Shown: one piece after another, positions 38,455 through 52,960 of the stretch | Numbering within the stretch: the first letter of the stretch is position 1 | Layout of the letters: each line of letters starts with the position of its first letter | Origin: Podarcis filfolensis | Lineage: Eukaryota | Reading direction: 5' to 3' (one strand) | Assembly: GCA_964270895.1 (NCBI GenBank) | Contig: OZ185440.1 | Length of the DNA: 64,000 bases | The notes under the pieces: model-generated | The model's input: only the letters and a program-made list of their open reading frames with translations | Told to the model about the DNA's origin: nothing | Databases searched by the model: none | Made by a program: the position numbers and the translations under genes

Positions 38455-41400
38455 GACCACCTCAACGACCCTTTCCTGTGGTTTCTCTGTCAATAACTTC
38501 CCAAGCAGCAAGCAAGAAACAGCACTTCAAAAATCTCAAAAAATATAAACCAAAACTGCAGCGTCAAAACCAAAGTTTAGGAACAGGGAAGACATTTTCA
38601 TTCCCCTTCAATGTAGCAGTTTTCTTTCCTCAAGGCTATACAAATCTCAGAAACTACACTAACATATTTTCCAGCTTTGTTTTCTCTTTTGGTTTATATA
38701 TACACACACATTCTTTGTTCTTAGAGGGACAACCAACAGTGGCAGCAGATATAGCTGAAGATCAAGTAATAGGTAAGAATCACTTGGCTGTTCTTTAAGT
38801 TATATCTGTTGTCACTCCAGGTGAATGGGGTGTACCAAAGCAGTACAACCCCACAATGTAGTGTGTGCCACTGGGCAGTAAAGAAAGGGTATACTCCAAA
38901 TAAAGTGAACACTAACTCTCCTGTTAAGAAGAAAAGAATTAGTCTAGGATAGCCTGAAGTACTGTATGCCCAAACACAGCATTTGCAGATGAAAGTGTCT
39001 CAATTCTGTAATATCTTACAAAGAGATATGAAGCTTATCTACACGCCTCCAGGGACACTCCAGATTGCAGGACACAGCAAGATGCTGGTCCCTCTTGCAA
39101 ATGAGATATGACATATAATGCAGAGGAAGTCCCATGGTTCTTTTTTCTTTTTCAAAGTTTCTAAAATGCAGGGCTTGAGCAACTTTGCAATGGAGGAAGT
39201 AAACACCTTCATACTTCTATTAACATGTCACAGTTATGAAAAAGAGGAATCTACCAGGAAATGTGTTGTACTGAAGAAAAATACCTTGAGGGCATTTTGT
39301 ACATAAGGGGAATCCCTACCTTTCCCCAATAATAAATAAGACCAGAAAAGAGAGAAAGAGAACCATGCCAGTTCTTGCCAACAGTTAAAAAAAAAAAAAA
39401 GGCACCAGCCTATGTCTTCTTCACACAAATAGAATGGTTTTTCACCTCCAACCAGAATTTAAGACTGACAGCCAAATTGGACAGAATGGGGACACGCTAT
39501 GCACTTTTCTGTCAGCCCAACTCTTGACAGCAGTTTGGGGTGAAAAGTGTAAAAAGCAATGGGGCATCCTAAGCAATGGAAGAGGTTGGGGAGGAGCCAG
39601 TATCAACCTTGTGCTTCTTTTGTTGTAAAAATCAGACCCAACCCTCCACTTTGTATGTGAATGGTGTGCAGAAACAGAAGGGGCTGCCCAATCATGTTTT
39701 AAAGCCTGGACTGAGGTGAAGAACCATTGTGACATGTGAAAGGCATACTCGCTCACAAATATAGGCTGGCCTGGCATGGAACCCAGCTCCAACACCCTCC
39801 TGGAGGAAGAGATAAAAAATGATATTTTCAATGCATAAGAAATAACACAATACTGTGCATAGTGTATCAAAGGAAGTCTTGAATATAGGTTCTAAAAAGA
39901 GAACAGCACTTACCCTTAAAAATCTTAATATAGGAAGAAGTCTGGAAATTATGCTCTCTAGAACTTCAAGGTGTCTCTTTAAAGTATTCAGTTTGAGAAC
40001 CTCATCCTGACAATCTTGCAAGAAATCTCAAACCTTGACTTTAGCAGGTTGGATACCAAGTGAATGACACCATGGTATGAGAATTTTTCCTTTCAGAAGA
40101 AAGTCGGCAGTCTACAAATATGCCTCCTTGTCAGAATAACCTTGAATGCTTCCTGTTCAGTTGCTGGGTGGATTTATGGATTGGGATGGACCAATGTACT
40201 TTATCATAAAATGTTCATCTGTGACCTTAGCAGGGTGACTGACTACATTCAGGTCCAACAATCTTGGGAAGCAAGGGCTGAAAGGCTAATGTGGAATGTT
40301 AATGATTATTTGAGTTTCCTCCACCTTGTTCTCCTTGATAGACCATATGTTGGAGTCCAGTTCTGATTACTTAGCTAGCCCATTCCGATAGTTTAGAAGA
40401 ATTCTGAAGTGGACAACTGCAACCAGTTAGGCCCAGGAGATCTGCTGCTGCCTCTTCACTTCTTCAGTCTCATGTTGTACAACTGGACAAGGAAATTTCC
40501 TCCCTGTGCTTTGCAGCTAAATGACAGAAGGCTTACTGTATCACTCTGAGTTCTGGCATACTTAATTAAAAATACTCTTCCACATGGGACTACCTACTCT
40601 GAATCCAATGTGAAACCAGAATGGCTTCCTTCAAATTCAGACTGGTATCAATATTTACCAAAACCCCTATCTGGTTCTACAAGTGATATCCTTAAACCAG
40701 TAGAGAAACCAACAGTCAATTAAAATCAGTACTATCAACCCTAACTGGGGCTGTCTGTCTGGTGTTTCTTAGGAAGAGGTCTTTCTAAGACCCATTTTCT
40801 GAAATATTTTTAATATTGGAAGTCTGAGGACCCACATAGGGTATTCTAATTGGGCCAAAGATATGCAATCCATTAGGTTAAGTTATCTTCATTTTTAATA
40901 AGAAACTCCACCATAATGAATGAGAGGAACCTCATCTGTTCCAATATGCCAGAATACTTAAGGATAAAAAAGACACCAAACAACAACAACCCACACTCAC
41001 TGTTCAGGTTTGTTGGGGTGGGAGTTCAATATTTATTTGATCAATTCTTAGCAGCCCAATAAATCAGTGAGCAAAAACATGACTCTAGCAAAGTTATTTT
41101 TAAATGATAGGTTCATGTAGTGGCTGATATATTTATATTTGCTAGAGTATGAACCTAACACCTTTTGATACAGCTTCTACGTCAGTTTGGCTAAATTCAT
41201 ATTCAGTTGCAGTAGCCAAAAGCATTTTCCCCCCTAATGACTTGCCATTTCTTGCTCTTTATTTCAAACAATGTGCTTCTTTTTCAAGCTTTTTTAAAGA
41301 CCTTTTTTGGGGGAACAAACTATTTGAAAATATACTGAACTACAGAAAACAGATTTGAGCACAATTTCTAAGTTCCTGATTTTGCCAGTCTTACACAATT

Positions 41401-44400
41401 GCACTGTTTCTTATATCTGTCTCATACCCAAACCAACACTTTTTCTTTTAATCAACTGAGACCAAAATAGCATATTTGTCCTCCTAGGGCGGCTGCAGCC
41501 TAGGCCCTTGGTATATAGTAAAACAAAAGGTTGTGTCAAGTTCATATGGTGTTCATGCGTGCATAAATTTCCCCCTACACCTTTGCATACCCATATAGGT
41601 AAAAGTCAAATACACAAACATCCTTATTTCACACAGAATCAGAGGGAGTTGCTTACAAGAAAACTGAATTGGAATTTAGAAACAAACCCAAATGTCATGA
41701 TATTAAGGGTGCATTATAGTTGCATCTGTATCATTACAGGCATTCCTAAAACAGATTTGTTGTGCCGTGATAAAGTTCCCTCCCCCTTTTAATCTGATAG
41801 CTTGTCGGTAAGTTGCTCACGAAGATGCTAGAGTTAAAACTTGGAAAGATAATAGTATCCCGCAGATTCAATATGCTGCAGTAGATTGTGCCAAAGCTCA
41901 AAGTACTAGGTTATATGTTAAGAAACTCGCCATTTTAAAAATAACTTCTCATTGGAAGGGCAGCAGATGCTCACCAATGTGAGTGAAGTAGAGAAAACTA
42001 TGCTACTCTCTTTTTAATATAAAGCATATGGGATGGAGAGAAAGCTTTAAAATGTTGCACTCAAAATATTAAGTAAAGGCTATTTTTCACTTGATGTCGT
42101 GCTCAGCAACTGCAGCTTGGAAGGGAAATTAAAAATAGCAAAGCTTTAAGAGACCAATTTAAAGATTGGTCATGATACTGGCAGAGAGCATCACTTTCTA
42201 CTTCTGTTTCAGAATGAAAATGATCATGTAGCATTGAAAACTACAACCAGGGAATGCTTCTGCAGGCTTCAAAAATGAGCAGAAGTGCAACTCCCCACCT
42301 CTACTGAGTTACCATTGCCCACTTTCTGAATAACTGAAACTTTACTAAGAGAATTAATTTATTGCATTAGGAAAGTCACTAATTAGTTTTGTTGATTTTC
42401 ATTATTATAACTGATGTTATTTAAGCTCCTTGTTTAAATCCTTACACTGAAGTAAAAGAACAACGCCATTTTGTTCATCTGGCTGTATCATCTATAACTC
42501 CTGATAATATTTCCATATTAGGCTCTGATTTACTTCTATTTTTCATTTGCAATTCTATATCTTTAATAAATTAAAAATCTGTAAATCCTATGCCATGCTG
42601 AGACTAAAGAGACAGAATACAGTTCAAACATATGAAGTCTTAAAAATCATTGGAAAAAATCAAAGGAAAGAAGATAATTTTGAAGGCCGTTTGGCTGAAA
42701 TCTATATTCCTTTGAATTACACAAGTGTTTTATACTGTTAAACACACGAAAGAGCAAATAATGGATGTAGAAGAATGATAAGTGTCAGTTATACACCTAA
42801 AACTAATTTGGGATACTGTGGCCCTGTAAACGATAACCAACAGAACCAGCAGCTCTTAATACATGCAACAATGGTTAAGGACAGCATTTTAATGATTTAG
42901 GAATTGTAAGGGGTTTTCTCAATGTTTCCACAGCCCAATGTTGCATATTTATAAAGTCCCAAAATGGGGCTTTCTGTGGGTAGGGAGGTGATGAGGCTGA
43001 ATTGGCCCAGGATCCACTGTATTGGCCTTCCTGCTGTTACATGACAGCATTGAGGCAGACCAGGGCCAGACTGCTGTGGCAGCTCCAGGCTCACATAGCA
43101 ACCTGTCTGTACCCCACCTTCCACCCTGGCTGTCATGTGTTCCCTTTTCTGCTGCTCCCTTTTCTGTAAGAGCTCAAGCAGAGAGGAAAGTGTCTCAGCC
43201 GACTTGTGTCCCTTACCAATACGCCAAATGTAGTCCATACACTTCACAATTGCATGCAATAAATGTGCTGCGTGCAACTGCATTTTAAAGCTTTAAATAG
43301 CCGTAAAGAGGGCTTGCATTTCTGCTGTGCACTGACCTTATTTGTATTCTTTCACGAAGAACACATAGCAGTGTTACTAAGGATTAAATATACATTTCTA
43401 TGGAAAATTTGTTTCTTTGTGCAACTGGAGTGTGGCCCCCAACAGTTTTCCATTGGACAATGTGGCCCTCAGGCCCCAAAATGTTCTCCACCTCCATTTT
43501 AGTCCCAGGGGTGGCAAACAGAGGAGGAAGGAGATGCCCACACAAACAAATTAATTGTGCTCAGGGCTATCCACCAATGTAATGGGAAAAACACATACAA
43601 GATCAATGTGCAAAAGCCAATACAGAGAGTTTGTGCCTTGCTAGCAAATTGTTGGTACATTCTATACACTTGGGTCACCGCAGGGACAGAGAACCAACAA
43701 AGCATGCACAGGAAGTTAACCTCACTGTGGTATACAATAGAAGGGAATAAAATGTTTGCAGATCCATTGGACAATTAAATCTGCAGTTCTGTAAACCGAA
43801 GTATCTGTTGGGCAATGCTGTGGATAAATAGATTACCGTAATAAAGACACATTGTATCTGTTCACTTCAAATCATCATAGCAATTGTACCTTTCAGAATA
43901 ATAACATAAAACAACAGAATAAATAGCCATGCTATGTCTGAACGATGGTCCATTGAAATCAGTATTTCATCTTTGATGAATCTGGATGCTCATGGGAAGG
44001 TCACACGCACAGCAAGATGGAGAAACCTATTCTGCATTTGACCCTGCATATCAGAGCTGAGATTTTCACTGCATTCGTAGGATGCATTTCTAGATATTAC
44101 TCCTAGCAGTTTCAGACAGTCCTATATTTCTTAAAATTGCAGTTCTTAAAAAAGTACTGTACTGTAATGGTAATTATGGCAATGGTATCCTGTAGACATT
44201 TATTTATTTCTTCTTCACATTATACTTGCTGCCTCTTATTTAGACACTTTCCATTTTATTTTTTTGATTTTGTTCCTAATAAATCTTAAACCATGCACTG
44301 GCCATTTCTATGATGGAGCAAACTAAAGCTAATGTTTTCAGCAAACTCTACAGATTCTCGTGAACACCAAGGCCTAACACGATGAAACAATGATACAACA

Positions 44401-47400
44401 AAAAGTATCTATTTATCTATACAGTATCATGCCATGTTTAACAACTTCATTAATCGACCTACTAACAAAAAGACACTAACAAGGGTCTTTTTGTATATCT
44501 AGGCTTACAGTATGTATAGACCACGTTTGCTTGTCTTCTTTTCCCTTTAGATATATGTAAATGATTAGCAGTGCACAATTTTGCCTTGCAGAAGTCATGC
44601 TGAGATTGCTACTTGGACAGGAATATTTATATCCATTTAAATAAACAAAGCCTTAAAAATAAATCCTTTGCAGGTTTACTCAGAAGAAAGTTCCACTGAA
44701 TTCAATGCTGCTTGCATTAAGAGGAGTGTGTTTAATAATGCTTTCTACCAATCTACCAAGGACAAATATTTCAAGGATTACACACACATCAATCTTGGAT
44801 TTTTTTCTTGTATGTTTTTGTTGGGAGACGTCAGACTGAATTGTATCACTCCCACGGATACCCACACCTCAGTCTGCTTTATTTATCAGGGGAAATGGAA
44901 CTTTCAATTTTACTTCTTTTCCCCCCAATAGTAAAAAATAAATAAACCCACATGCATGTGCAGAGCACCAGTTCTGGAAAAAGTTTAATTCTCTTCTGAT
45001 CTATGTATCTTATAAAGCTCTGTGACTTTGTACCACAGGAATGGCTGGACAGTAAAGAAAAAGAATCTGAGGTCCCTTGACTGCTCCTTTGCAAACAATA
45101 CAAAGCATAAGATTCAGGACATATTGCTGACACAGCAACATCCCTGCCTCAAAGAAACTGTGGGAAATGTCAGATTTATGGTCCTATGGGTGATGGGTGG
45201 AAGGTTGTTTTTTCCCCCTTCAACAAGCCCTTCAACAGAGCCTCTAGAAAGTTTTTGGCTATATCCCAGCAAAGCAGAAGGAAGCTGTATTCCTCATTTC
45301 CCCTGGGACCCAATGAAATATACAGCCTCTAGGCTTCTTTCAATTTGGTCTTTCAGATTGCTAAACCAGTGAAAAAAGGATCCTAGCTGTTAGGGACATC
45401 ACATGTTGGGGGTCACCTGCTGCTCAGGGGTTCTCATGCCAGTTGTTGATATAATAAGCACCCCTTATACTTTAATTACAATTCACAGTGTGCAAACTCT
45501 GCAATCTGTTTTTTAAGCCAACTGAAGTTGTTGTTGTTGTTTTGTAAAAAAGCACCACAGTGAGCTCAGAAATGGGGTCTGTGTCTAGGTAACCAAATAA
45601 CTTTTTTAAAGTACTGGGGAGGAAAGCAGGCAATATACTTCAGATCAGGTGATCAAGCAATAACTGTGTGAGCTAAGAGTTTTCAACTGATGGGTGCTTC
45701 TGATAAATGACTTCCCTATGAAAACTTATCAGGACCTTCTCTTCTCAGCAACAAAATAAAAGCACCTTTGTGTTTACTGTATCTTTGAATGTTCATAAGC
45801 TCGAAAAAGACAGGCATTTCTGACAAATGTATACACACACACATTATTATATGGGTAATGGAATTTGAACCATTCCATTTCCCTCGTGACCAGTGGGGTT
45901 TCAGCCCCTTTACCTATTTTTCTGGAATATACTCCACTCACCTGCCTCCTGATCTTCCTCAAAGTAGATATAATGATAGGGCAGATTCTGGAAAAGATCT
46001 ACAGCACCAACACATGGTCTCTGGTAACGAAAAACAGGATTCTGCTCATCATACACTATTTACTTCTCTCTTCTATGTTTTCTAGTCAATATCCACTGGG
46101 AACACCAGGGTTTCCTGGTTTTAGGTTTGATTTGAAGTTTCGGGTATTTAGTCCATTCAACAAGTTGTGAGGTGAAGGGAGTGAAATCTTAGACAAAGGA
46201 GCAAGGAAGGAAGACCAGCAGACTGTTTTCCATAGGATCGGGTGAGCAACAGCTCTCTCTGCCATTTCAAACTTTTAATCAACCTTTTCCCAGCACATTC
46301 TGCCAGTCTCCGCATTTCTCTCTTTTTACTGAGAGAGAAGGTGTGTCTGGACAAAGACCTCTCACACAACAGCGGGGTGAGTGGGCTCATACTCAACAGC
46401 CATGTCTCCCTGACCTCTGCTATAGCCAGTGGTGAAAATTAGGTCTAGTCTGTACAGCTTTATGATTCCACCACACATTATTTGAACATGGGAGGAGATT
46501 TGTCTGAACCCCCTACAGTGACCAAAAAGGGGACACCAAGAGAGGGATGATGAATTTATTTTAAATGCATAGCTGGAAGGGCACAAGAATACTGAATTCA
46601 AGCTTAGTTACAAAAAGAACATTGAGACCTCTTTTTACACAATCAATAGGTGCTGTTAAACTCCATGAATCTACATTCCTGAGCATCCATCACCCCCTGC
46701 CCAGTTTCAGGAAGCTGACAACCTTCACCCCCTACTCTTCCTTTCCTCAGATCTGCAGGCAGAACCAAACTTATACACCCTGGATCCAGAGTATCTAAGG
46801 CACTGGTTCTTTTCCTCATCCGTATGGCTTTAATGTTTATTTATCTTCACAAACTGTAGATACTGCTTACTTTGACAGAAAATCCCTAAGTGGTTTACAT
46901 ACTGTAGTCTGGCCACATCTTCCCATCCTTCAGAACAGATGAATATTCCAAAATCACTATTGCATTTCCTTGCAGGTATCAGTTCAGATGGGACTAACAT
47001 GATATGAATATTTCGACTGGGGAGCAAACTGAAGCCCCGATTCCTCACATACTTCAGTGCAGCCAGATCTCAAAACAGTTGTTTGGGACTTGGCACACAG
47101 CACTTGGCCCATTTTTCCACCATGTTGTTGCAACCCGACAGGTGAAGCTGGGAAAGCTGCTTCCACTGGAATAACTGGAGTAGCACAAAACTTCAAGGGT
47201 TGCCCATGCTACTACTTTGCTGCAGCTTAAGTATTATTTATTTTTAAAAACTTCTATCAAACTTTTTCCCAAAACCCAAACTCGACACAGCTTACGACAA
47301 TAAAATATGCATTGTCAAAGACAATTCAAAATAAAACAAAAAACAAAAATGGCAACTCATAACCACGATTGCCCCCAAAATCCCCAAAGTGAAGATACAT

Positions 47401-49016
47401 AAATAGGAAATCAGCTTTAACATATTAATAATGAAAAAATCCAAGTTCTCCAGCATACTTATACTGACAGATAAGTATCACTGCAGGCCCTAAATTATTG
47501 CAGTTAAGACAACCCTGGATTGAAATGTGGCCAAATTAAACACCATCCATTTAAAGTGCTATATCACATTACTAACAGACACTTCACATTATCCCTAGGC
47601 ATCTGCCATCACATTTGTAGTTCATTGTATCCTAGCACCTAGCTCATCTGCTCCTCATCTGGTACAAAATGAGAACTGAAGACCCAGGAGAACCAATTTT
47701 TCACTGTTCCCACCTTTTGTCATTGGCCAATCCCTAGGCACTGACTAGCTGTTCCAAAATAAACCAATCCATACAGACAAAGAACATGGAAAAGAACATA
47801 TTTATTAGCTGTGGGACTAAGAAAGGAAGCAATCAATAAAGTACAAATATGTTCATCTCTGGACCAAACTACATTAAATGAACCTAGGATTGCCAAGCTA
47901 TGTAGACACACCCTTAGCATTACTTCTTGATGATTTTATTTATTGTGTACTGAAGTTGTAATGCTATATTTTCAATCGCCCATGGAATATTTCTTGATAG
48001 GTGACCAAATAAATTTAATAAACAGAGTAAGTAAAAACAGTGCTAGTTATTTTCTACGGTTGCAATCCTAACCCTGAGCTGTGCTGTTGGAGGCAATTAG
48101 GATCTGGCAGAAGTCCCCATCTGCTCCCCTCTGCCACCATGAATGATCCTGTTGCCACCATGGAAAGGATGGTGGAAACAACACCGATGCCAGAAGTGGG
48201 CCCTGAAATTGGGCATTTCGGGGCAGGGGCAGGGCTGGGGCAGCCAAGGGTCTTCTGGATTCTAAGCCAGTCCAGCTTCCTGGGGGGTTGCCATATTTTG
48301 AAGAGCAAAAAAGAGGACACATCCGCCGACTTCTACTTTTAACTATGGATCACTATGAAAACTCTCATTTTAGGAAAGAGTACGTGTCCTGAAAAAAGAT
48401 AGCAACCCTCTGCATATAGCAACCCTCTGCAGCCCTATTTGAATCTCTCTACTGTGCCAGTCACTAACTGGTGCAGCATAAAACGCCCATATATTGATAC
48501 AGAGAGAAAATACCATAGCTATTTTTAGCAGAATGCAATTGCAGTTTGTGACAAAAAATCTGTCTCTGTGACCCCAGGGTAATTGTTTAATTTGCCTTAA
48601 CGGTGTATGAGTAATTCATGGAAATGTACTATGCATTTGGTGGACTAGCTGAGATGTGTTATCACTGTAGGATAAAGCACGATGACATGAAGTATGGAAA
48701 CGTAGTTCAATGGCATGAGTTCACAACATCTTTCATGTAAGTAATCCTGGCAACAGGCATTAGCGTTGCTATGAAATGGTCTCTGTGTAGGACGGAGAAT
48801 AAAACTCTTTTGCTTTCCCTTCCAAAAGGCTCAAGTCTCAATCACATAAGCAGACATAGGCAATATGTGGTCCACATGCTCAAAAGAGCCAATACAGGCA
48901 TCTTGGCTGCTGTCTTCCTTAAAAGTAGCAAAGGGTTCTTTAGCTCTATCAAAGTATGAAACAAGTACACAGGTAGGCACTTTAACTGTGGCCCACATCA
49001 TGTCTGTTTCGGTCCT

Positions 49017-49268
49017 TAAAGGTAAATGTACCCCTGACCATTAGATCCAGTCGTGGATGACTCTAGGGTTGCGGCGCTCATCTTGCTCTATAGGCCAAGG
49101 GAGCCGGCATTTGTCCGCAGACAGCTTCCGGGTCCTGTGGCCAGCATGACTAAGCCGCTTCCGGCGAACCAGAGCAGCGCACGGAAACGCCATTTACATT
49201 CCCGCCGGAGTGGTACCTATTTATCTACTTACACTTTGTCGTGCTTTCGAACTGTTAGGTGGGCAGGA
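49017..49268 (-). mobile_element. Sauria SINE, 5'-truncated
   Basis: Plus strand taaaggtaaa...cccctgaccattagatccagtcg...cagcttccgggtc...tggccagcatgactaagccgcttc...ggtacctatttatctactt...gtgctttcgaactgttagg matches the Sauria SINE reverse complement as I recall it; tRNA-derived head absent. Confidence 0.88.
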
Positions 49269-50399
49269 CTGCCATTAAAGCAGTGGATACCATGGTCCAG
49301 ACTGAGTATTTCAGGGACTGGTCTGACACAGTGCTTATAAAAACAAAAACAAAAAAACTATCTTGAAAACTTAAGGACAGCAGGCTGCATAAGCAAAAAG
49401 AACACAAACTTACTGTTACATATAAAGTCTCTCTCCCCCTCCGACAGTGTTAGTGGGGGTGTACAGTACACAGCGTGTTTGGTTAAACCATTTCATGTTC
49501 AAAAGGAAATGAAACCAAAGAATAAGTTATTAAAAGGAGTCTTTGAAGCCAAAAGCAGTGATGTGTGAAAGGCATAACCAGAAGAGTTTATTTAAACACA
49601 GAGCTGAGAAAACAGGGGAAAACAGGAATTAGGAAATCAGAGGCACAGTCATCATGGCACCCAGCAGCCCTTTCTTGGTACTAGAATTTTTTATATCTAT
49701 GAATATTTCATCCAGATTCCAAATACCTTTTTCAAGTTTTCCATATCAAAATCCCAGACTCCTTCTTCAATAAATTTAGAAACGCGTCTCCCAAATTTAT
49801 CAGTCCTGGTGGATGATGCACAATTAGTTGCATATGGCCATGACAAGTAAAGCTTCAGGAAGTCTTGTGCCCTTCTGTTTTCATGCATTTTTTAAAAACC
49901 ATTCAGCAGAACAATAATTAAATCTGCAATGGATGGGCTTCGTGTTTATTTCACACCAAAAGGAAAAGAGGGAAGAAGAAATGAAAGAGAAGGGAATATA
50001 ACCATATCATTCCTTTCCTATTAATGTCAGGCTTTGACACACTTTCCCTCAAATATTTTAAAATGTGCTTCTTGTCCAGAATCAATTACTATAGGAAAAG
50101 ATACAAAGTAAGTAATAATCAATGCGCAGTGTTTGTTCTTCCCAAGAATAAAACAAAGAAATCATCTTTACTGGGCCAGACCAAATATTGGTCATCCCAA
50201 CACTCTGATTTCAAGAGTAATCTAGGTATTATAGATGATGTCCTTTATTTTTATATATATTATAGCCACTCTATTTTTAACCTGCCTTTCCTCAGTTAAG
50301 ATTACAGGGTAGTTTCCAATAAAATAACTAAAGCAATAAAAAAAACCCCACATTTATCAAACTCATAATTAAAGCCATCATATCAATACATGCCTGTGC

Positions 50400-51350
50400 A
50401 TTATATAAACAGATACATTACAAAGGCCTTATCTGTTACATCAACCAAATCGATTTCTCTCAAAGTCATGAGTGAAAGGGTGTTATCTTTAGGTGGTACT
50501 GAGAACCCAGCGAACACAGTACCATATACCCAAAAGGAGGGAGTTCCATAAATGGAGTGACACTGTAAAAATGGTCCTATCCTGGGCAGCCTGATATAGG
50601 GAGACATGCTTCTTGAAGTATTTTTGTTCCAAGTCATTTAAGCTTTATAAGCTAACAACAGCACCTTTAATTGGACCTGGTGGTATGTTGGAAACCAGTG
50701 TAGAACCTGCAGGATTGATGCTATACAATTCTGATTACATGCATTCCTCATAAATCTGGCAGTCACATAATGCACTAGCTGCAGCTCCAGACCATCTTAA
50801 ACAATAGTCCTATGTAGAGTACATTACAGTAATTCTAACGGAGAGGTTACCAGGGAGTGCATTATTGTGGCAAGGCTCTTTCACAGCAGGAACAGCTGGA
50901 GCTGACAAACCAGCTGCAACTGGAAACAAGCACTTCTAACCATTGACACCACCTAGTCCTCCTGAGATAATGCTGGATCCATGAGTACCTCCAAGCTATA
51001 TTCAGGGGGAATGGGCCCGATCTAGAACACTCTGTCCTCGCTTCCCAACAGAAGTATGAGGACAAGATGAAACTCCTGATACTAATGATATGGAGACTTA
51101 GGTCATCTGCATGTTGATATTAGCAAAGTCCACATTAACTGAACAATCCAAATCCATTAAATTATCTGCCATCAAACTGCATAGTCAACCTTTTTAATTA
51201 AACATTTTCACACGTGTACTGCAGCACCAAGCACCATCCCTAGAGTCACACGACCGGAACTGGACCAAGTAAGGCTTCAGTGTTCAAACAAGGCTGCTTG
51301 TATTAAACTGCAGCAGTTCTACTGCTCTGCTGAAAGACCTACTCTGTCAG
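50400..51350 (-). mobile_element. Old, heavily decayed L2 LINE ORF2 fragment
   Basis: Minus-strand relics in the expected order: QHADD (degenerate YADD, 51101-51118), YCNVLYIGL (about 50807-50833), LWNSL (50537-50551). Boundaries approximate. Confidence 0.65.
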
Positions 51351-51609
51351 GCCTCTTCGGCCTATTCACCTGGTAGTAGTCATTCCCTTAAGACTGCCTC
51401 AGTGGGAAAAATAAGAAGCAGGAACATTCCATCAGCTTTTCCCAAAGGGCAGCTCCATCAGGCGCCTCTTGGGCCCAAGTAGTGTTTTTCACCAGCAGGT
51501 CATCATAAGAGATGTTAGAGTTGGTACTTGAGTTTGCTTTTTTCATCTTCCCTCCCTGTCCATTTTCCTTGTGTGCTGTAATTAAGCCTGTAGGCCACTT
51601 TTCTTTTAA

Positions 51610-51683
51610 TTTATTGTATGTAAGCCATCCGGAGTGACCTTTAGACTGAAGAGTGGGATATAAATGATCTAAATAAATAATAA
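51610..51683 (+). mobile_element. L2/Squam-type retroelement 3' tail remnant
   Basis: tgtaagccatccggag...gagtgggatataaatgatctaaataaataataa. Confidence 0.45.
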
Positions 51684-52769
51684 CAGCATCACAGAACTTA
51701 ACAGATTTGACAATTTATTAATATTAACTCATACTACATAGTAGTATTTTTCTCTCTCTCTCTCCCTCTCCCCCCCCCCCACTTCTCTCTTCTTCAGGAG
51801 CAAGGTACTGAAGATTTTAATGGGATTTCACCCACGCTTGAGCCATTCCCGCAAAGGCTAGAAAAGCAGATACACAGCCCACAGAAAGCAGGTTATTCAA
51901 GGGTACAAGTTCAGCACATCCTGTGAACTTCAACGGCTTTAGCACACCAGGATTTTGACAAAGAAAGAGATTCTACAAATATTTTCTAATTAATCAGATG
52001 CAAGATCCTGATGAAATGTTCTTTCCCATTCTTTTATCCCTTTCTGTTATCAATTGTGCACTTCCATGAGAATTTCATTGTGCAATTATTTTATTATTTG
52101 TTATGCTGGAAAAAAATATATTTGTGAATGGCTCTATTATCTGGATAATCAGCCTTCTGGAGACCAAAAAGAAACTTTCTGAACAGCCATTCACTGAGCC
52201 TGTTGTACTCTTTTACATTCTATGGTTAGGCACATAGGGAGAAAAGGCCTCTATTTTTTTTTCTTTCTTTCAGTGTTTCTAATTTCAATAGGATTTTTTT
52301 TAAAAAAGTAGCTTCTACTGTATTTATACCACATCAAATGAATGAGTGTAACTTCTAACAATGCAGTCCTTTTCTAAAGGAGGGCTCTTATGGAATGCTG
52401 CATCTAATAACATTCTTCCGGATTTTGAATTTTCTTCCACAATATATTAAAAAATGCCCCTTTTAATTAAATAATTTGTTCAGATGATGAACATAAATCA
52501 GTAATATTCTGCTTCTATTAAAACAACATTCCATTTACATTAATTTGGTGCAAAAGCTGATTATAATACACCAATGGCTCTTTGCCCTAGCCCTATGTTG
52601 CAAAAAAAGAAAATGGGAAAAGAAACAGTGGCAGTGGCAGTAATAATCAGTAGGATCATAGTAGAATCAGTAGGATTATCAGGAGGGGAAATAATTGAAT
52701 TACATTGGTCCAGCACAGAATGAGGCTAACACAAGTAAGCAAAGTAATCCTAAACTTAAAGCTAAGTTA

Positions 52770-52960
52770 AATTAATTTTGGGGGAGCTCTCAAAGCCAAA
52801 ACAAAGAGAGGTGTTTTCAAATAGCGGTCAGAAGAGAATGGAGTGAAAAAGCACCTGACCACCCTTTGAGGCATGAGCACAATGCAAGAATTTCTCCATT
52901 GAAAAGTTCTAAAAAGCTCTGGAAGTTTTGGAGGTGTTGCTCTGAACAGGTGCAGATCCC
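52770..52960 (-). mobile_element. Possible old L2 ORF2 C-terminal remnant
   Basis: Minus translation ...PQRVVRCFFTPFSSDRYLKTPLFVLAL resembles the LP..VR......F...LKT.LF end of L2 ORF2. Confidence 0.35.

Noticed and set aside
39914-40006. 93-nt exon-like segment (attgtcag|GATGAG...TTAAGG|gtaagt) encoding DEVLKLNTLKRHLEVLESIISRLLPILRFLR in phase 0
   Set aside because: It looks protein-like, but intron 2 is phase 1, where it reads GGA TGA (stop). I recognise no homologue and found no partner exons for a nested gene. At most a pseudo-exon.
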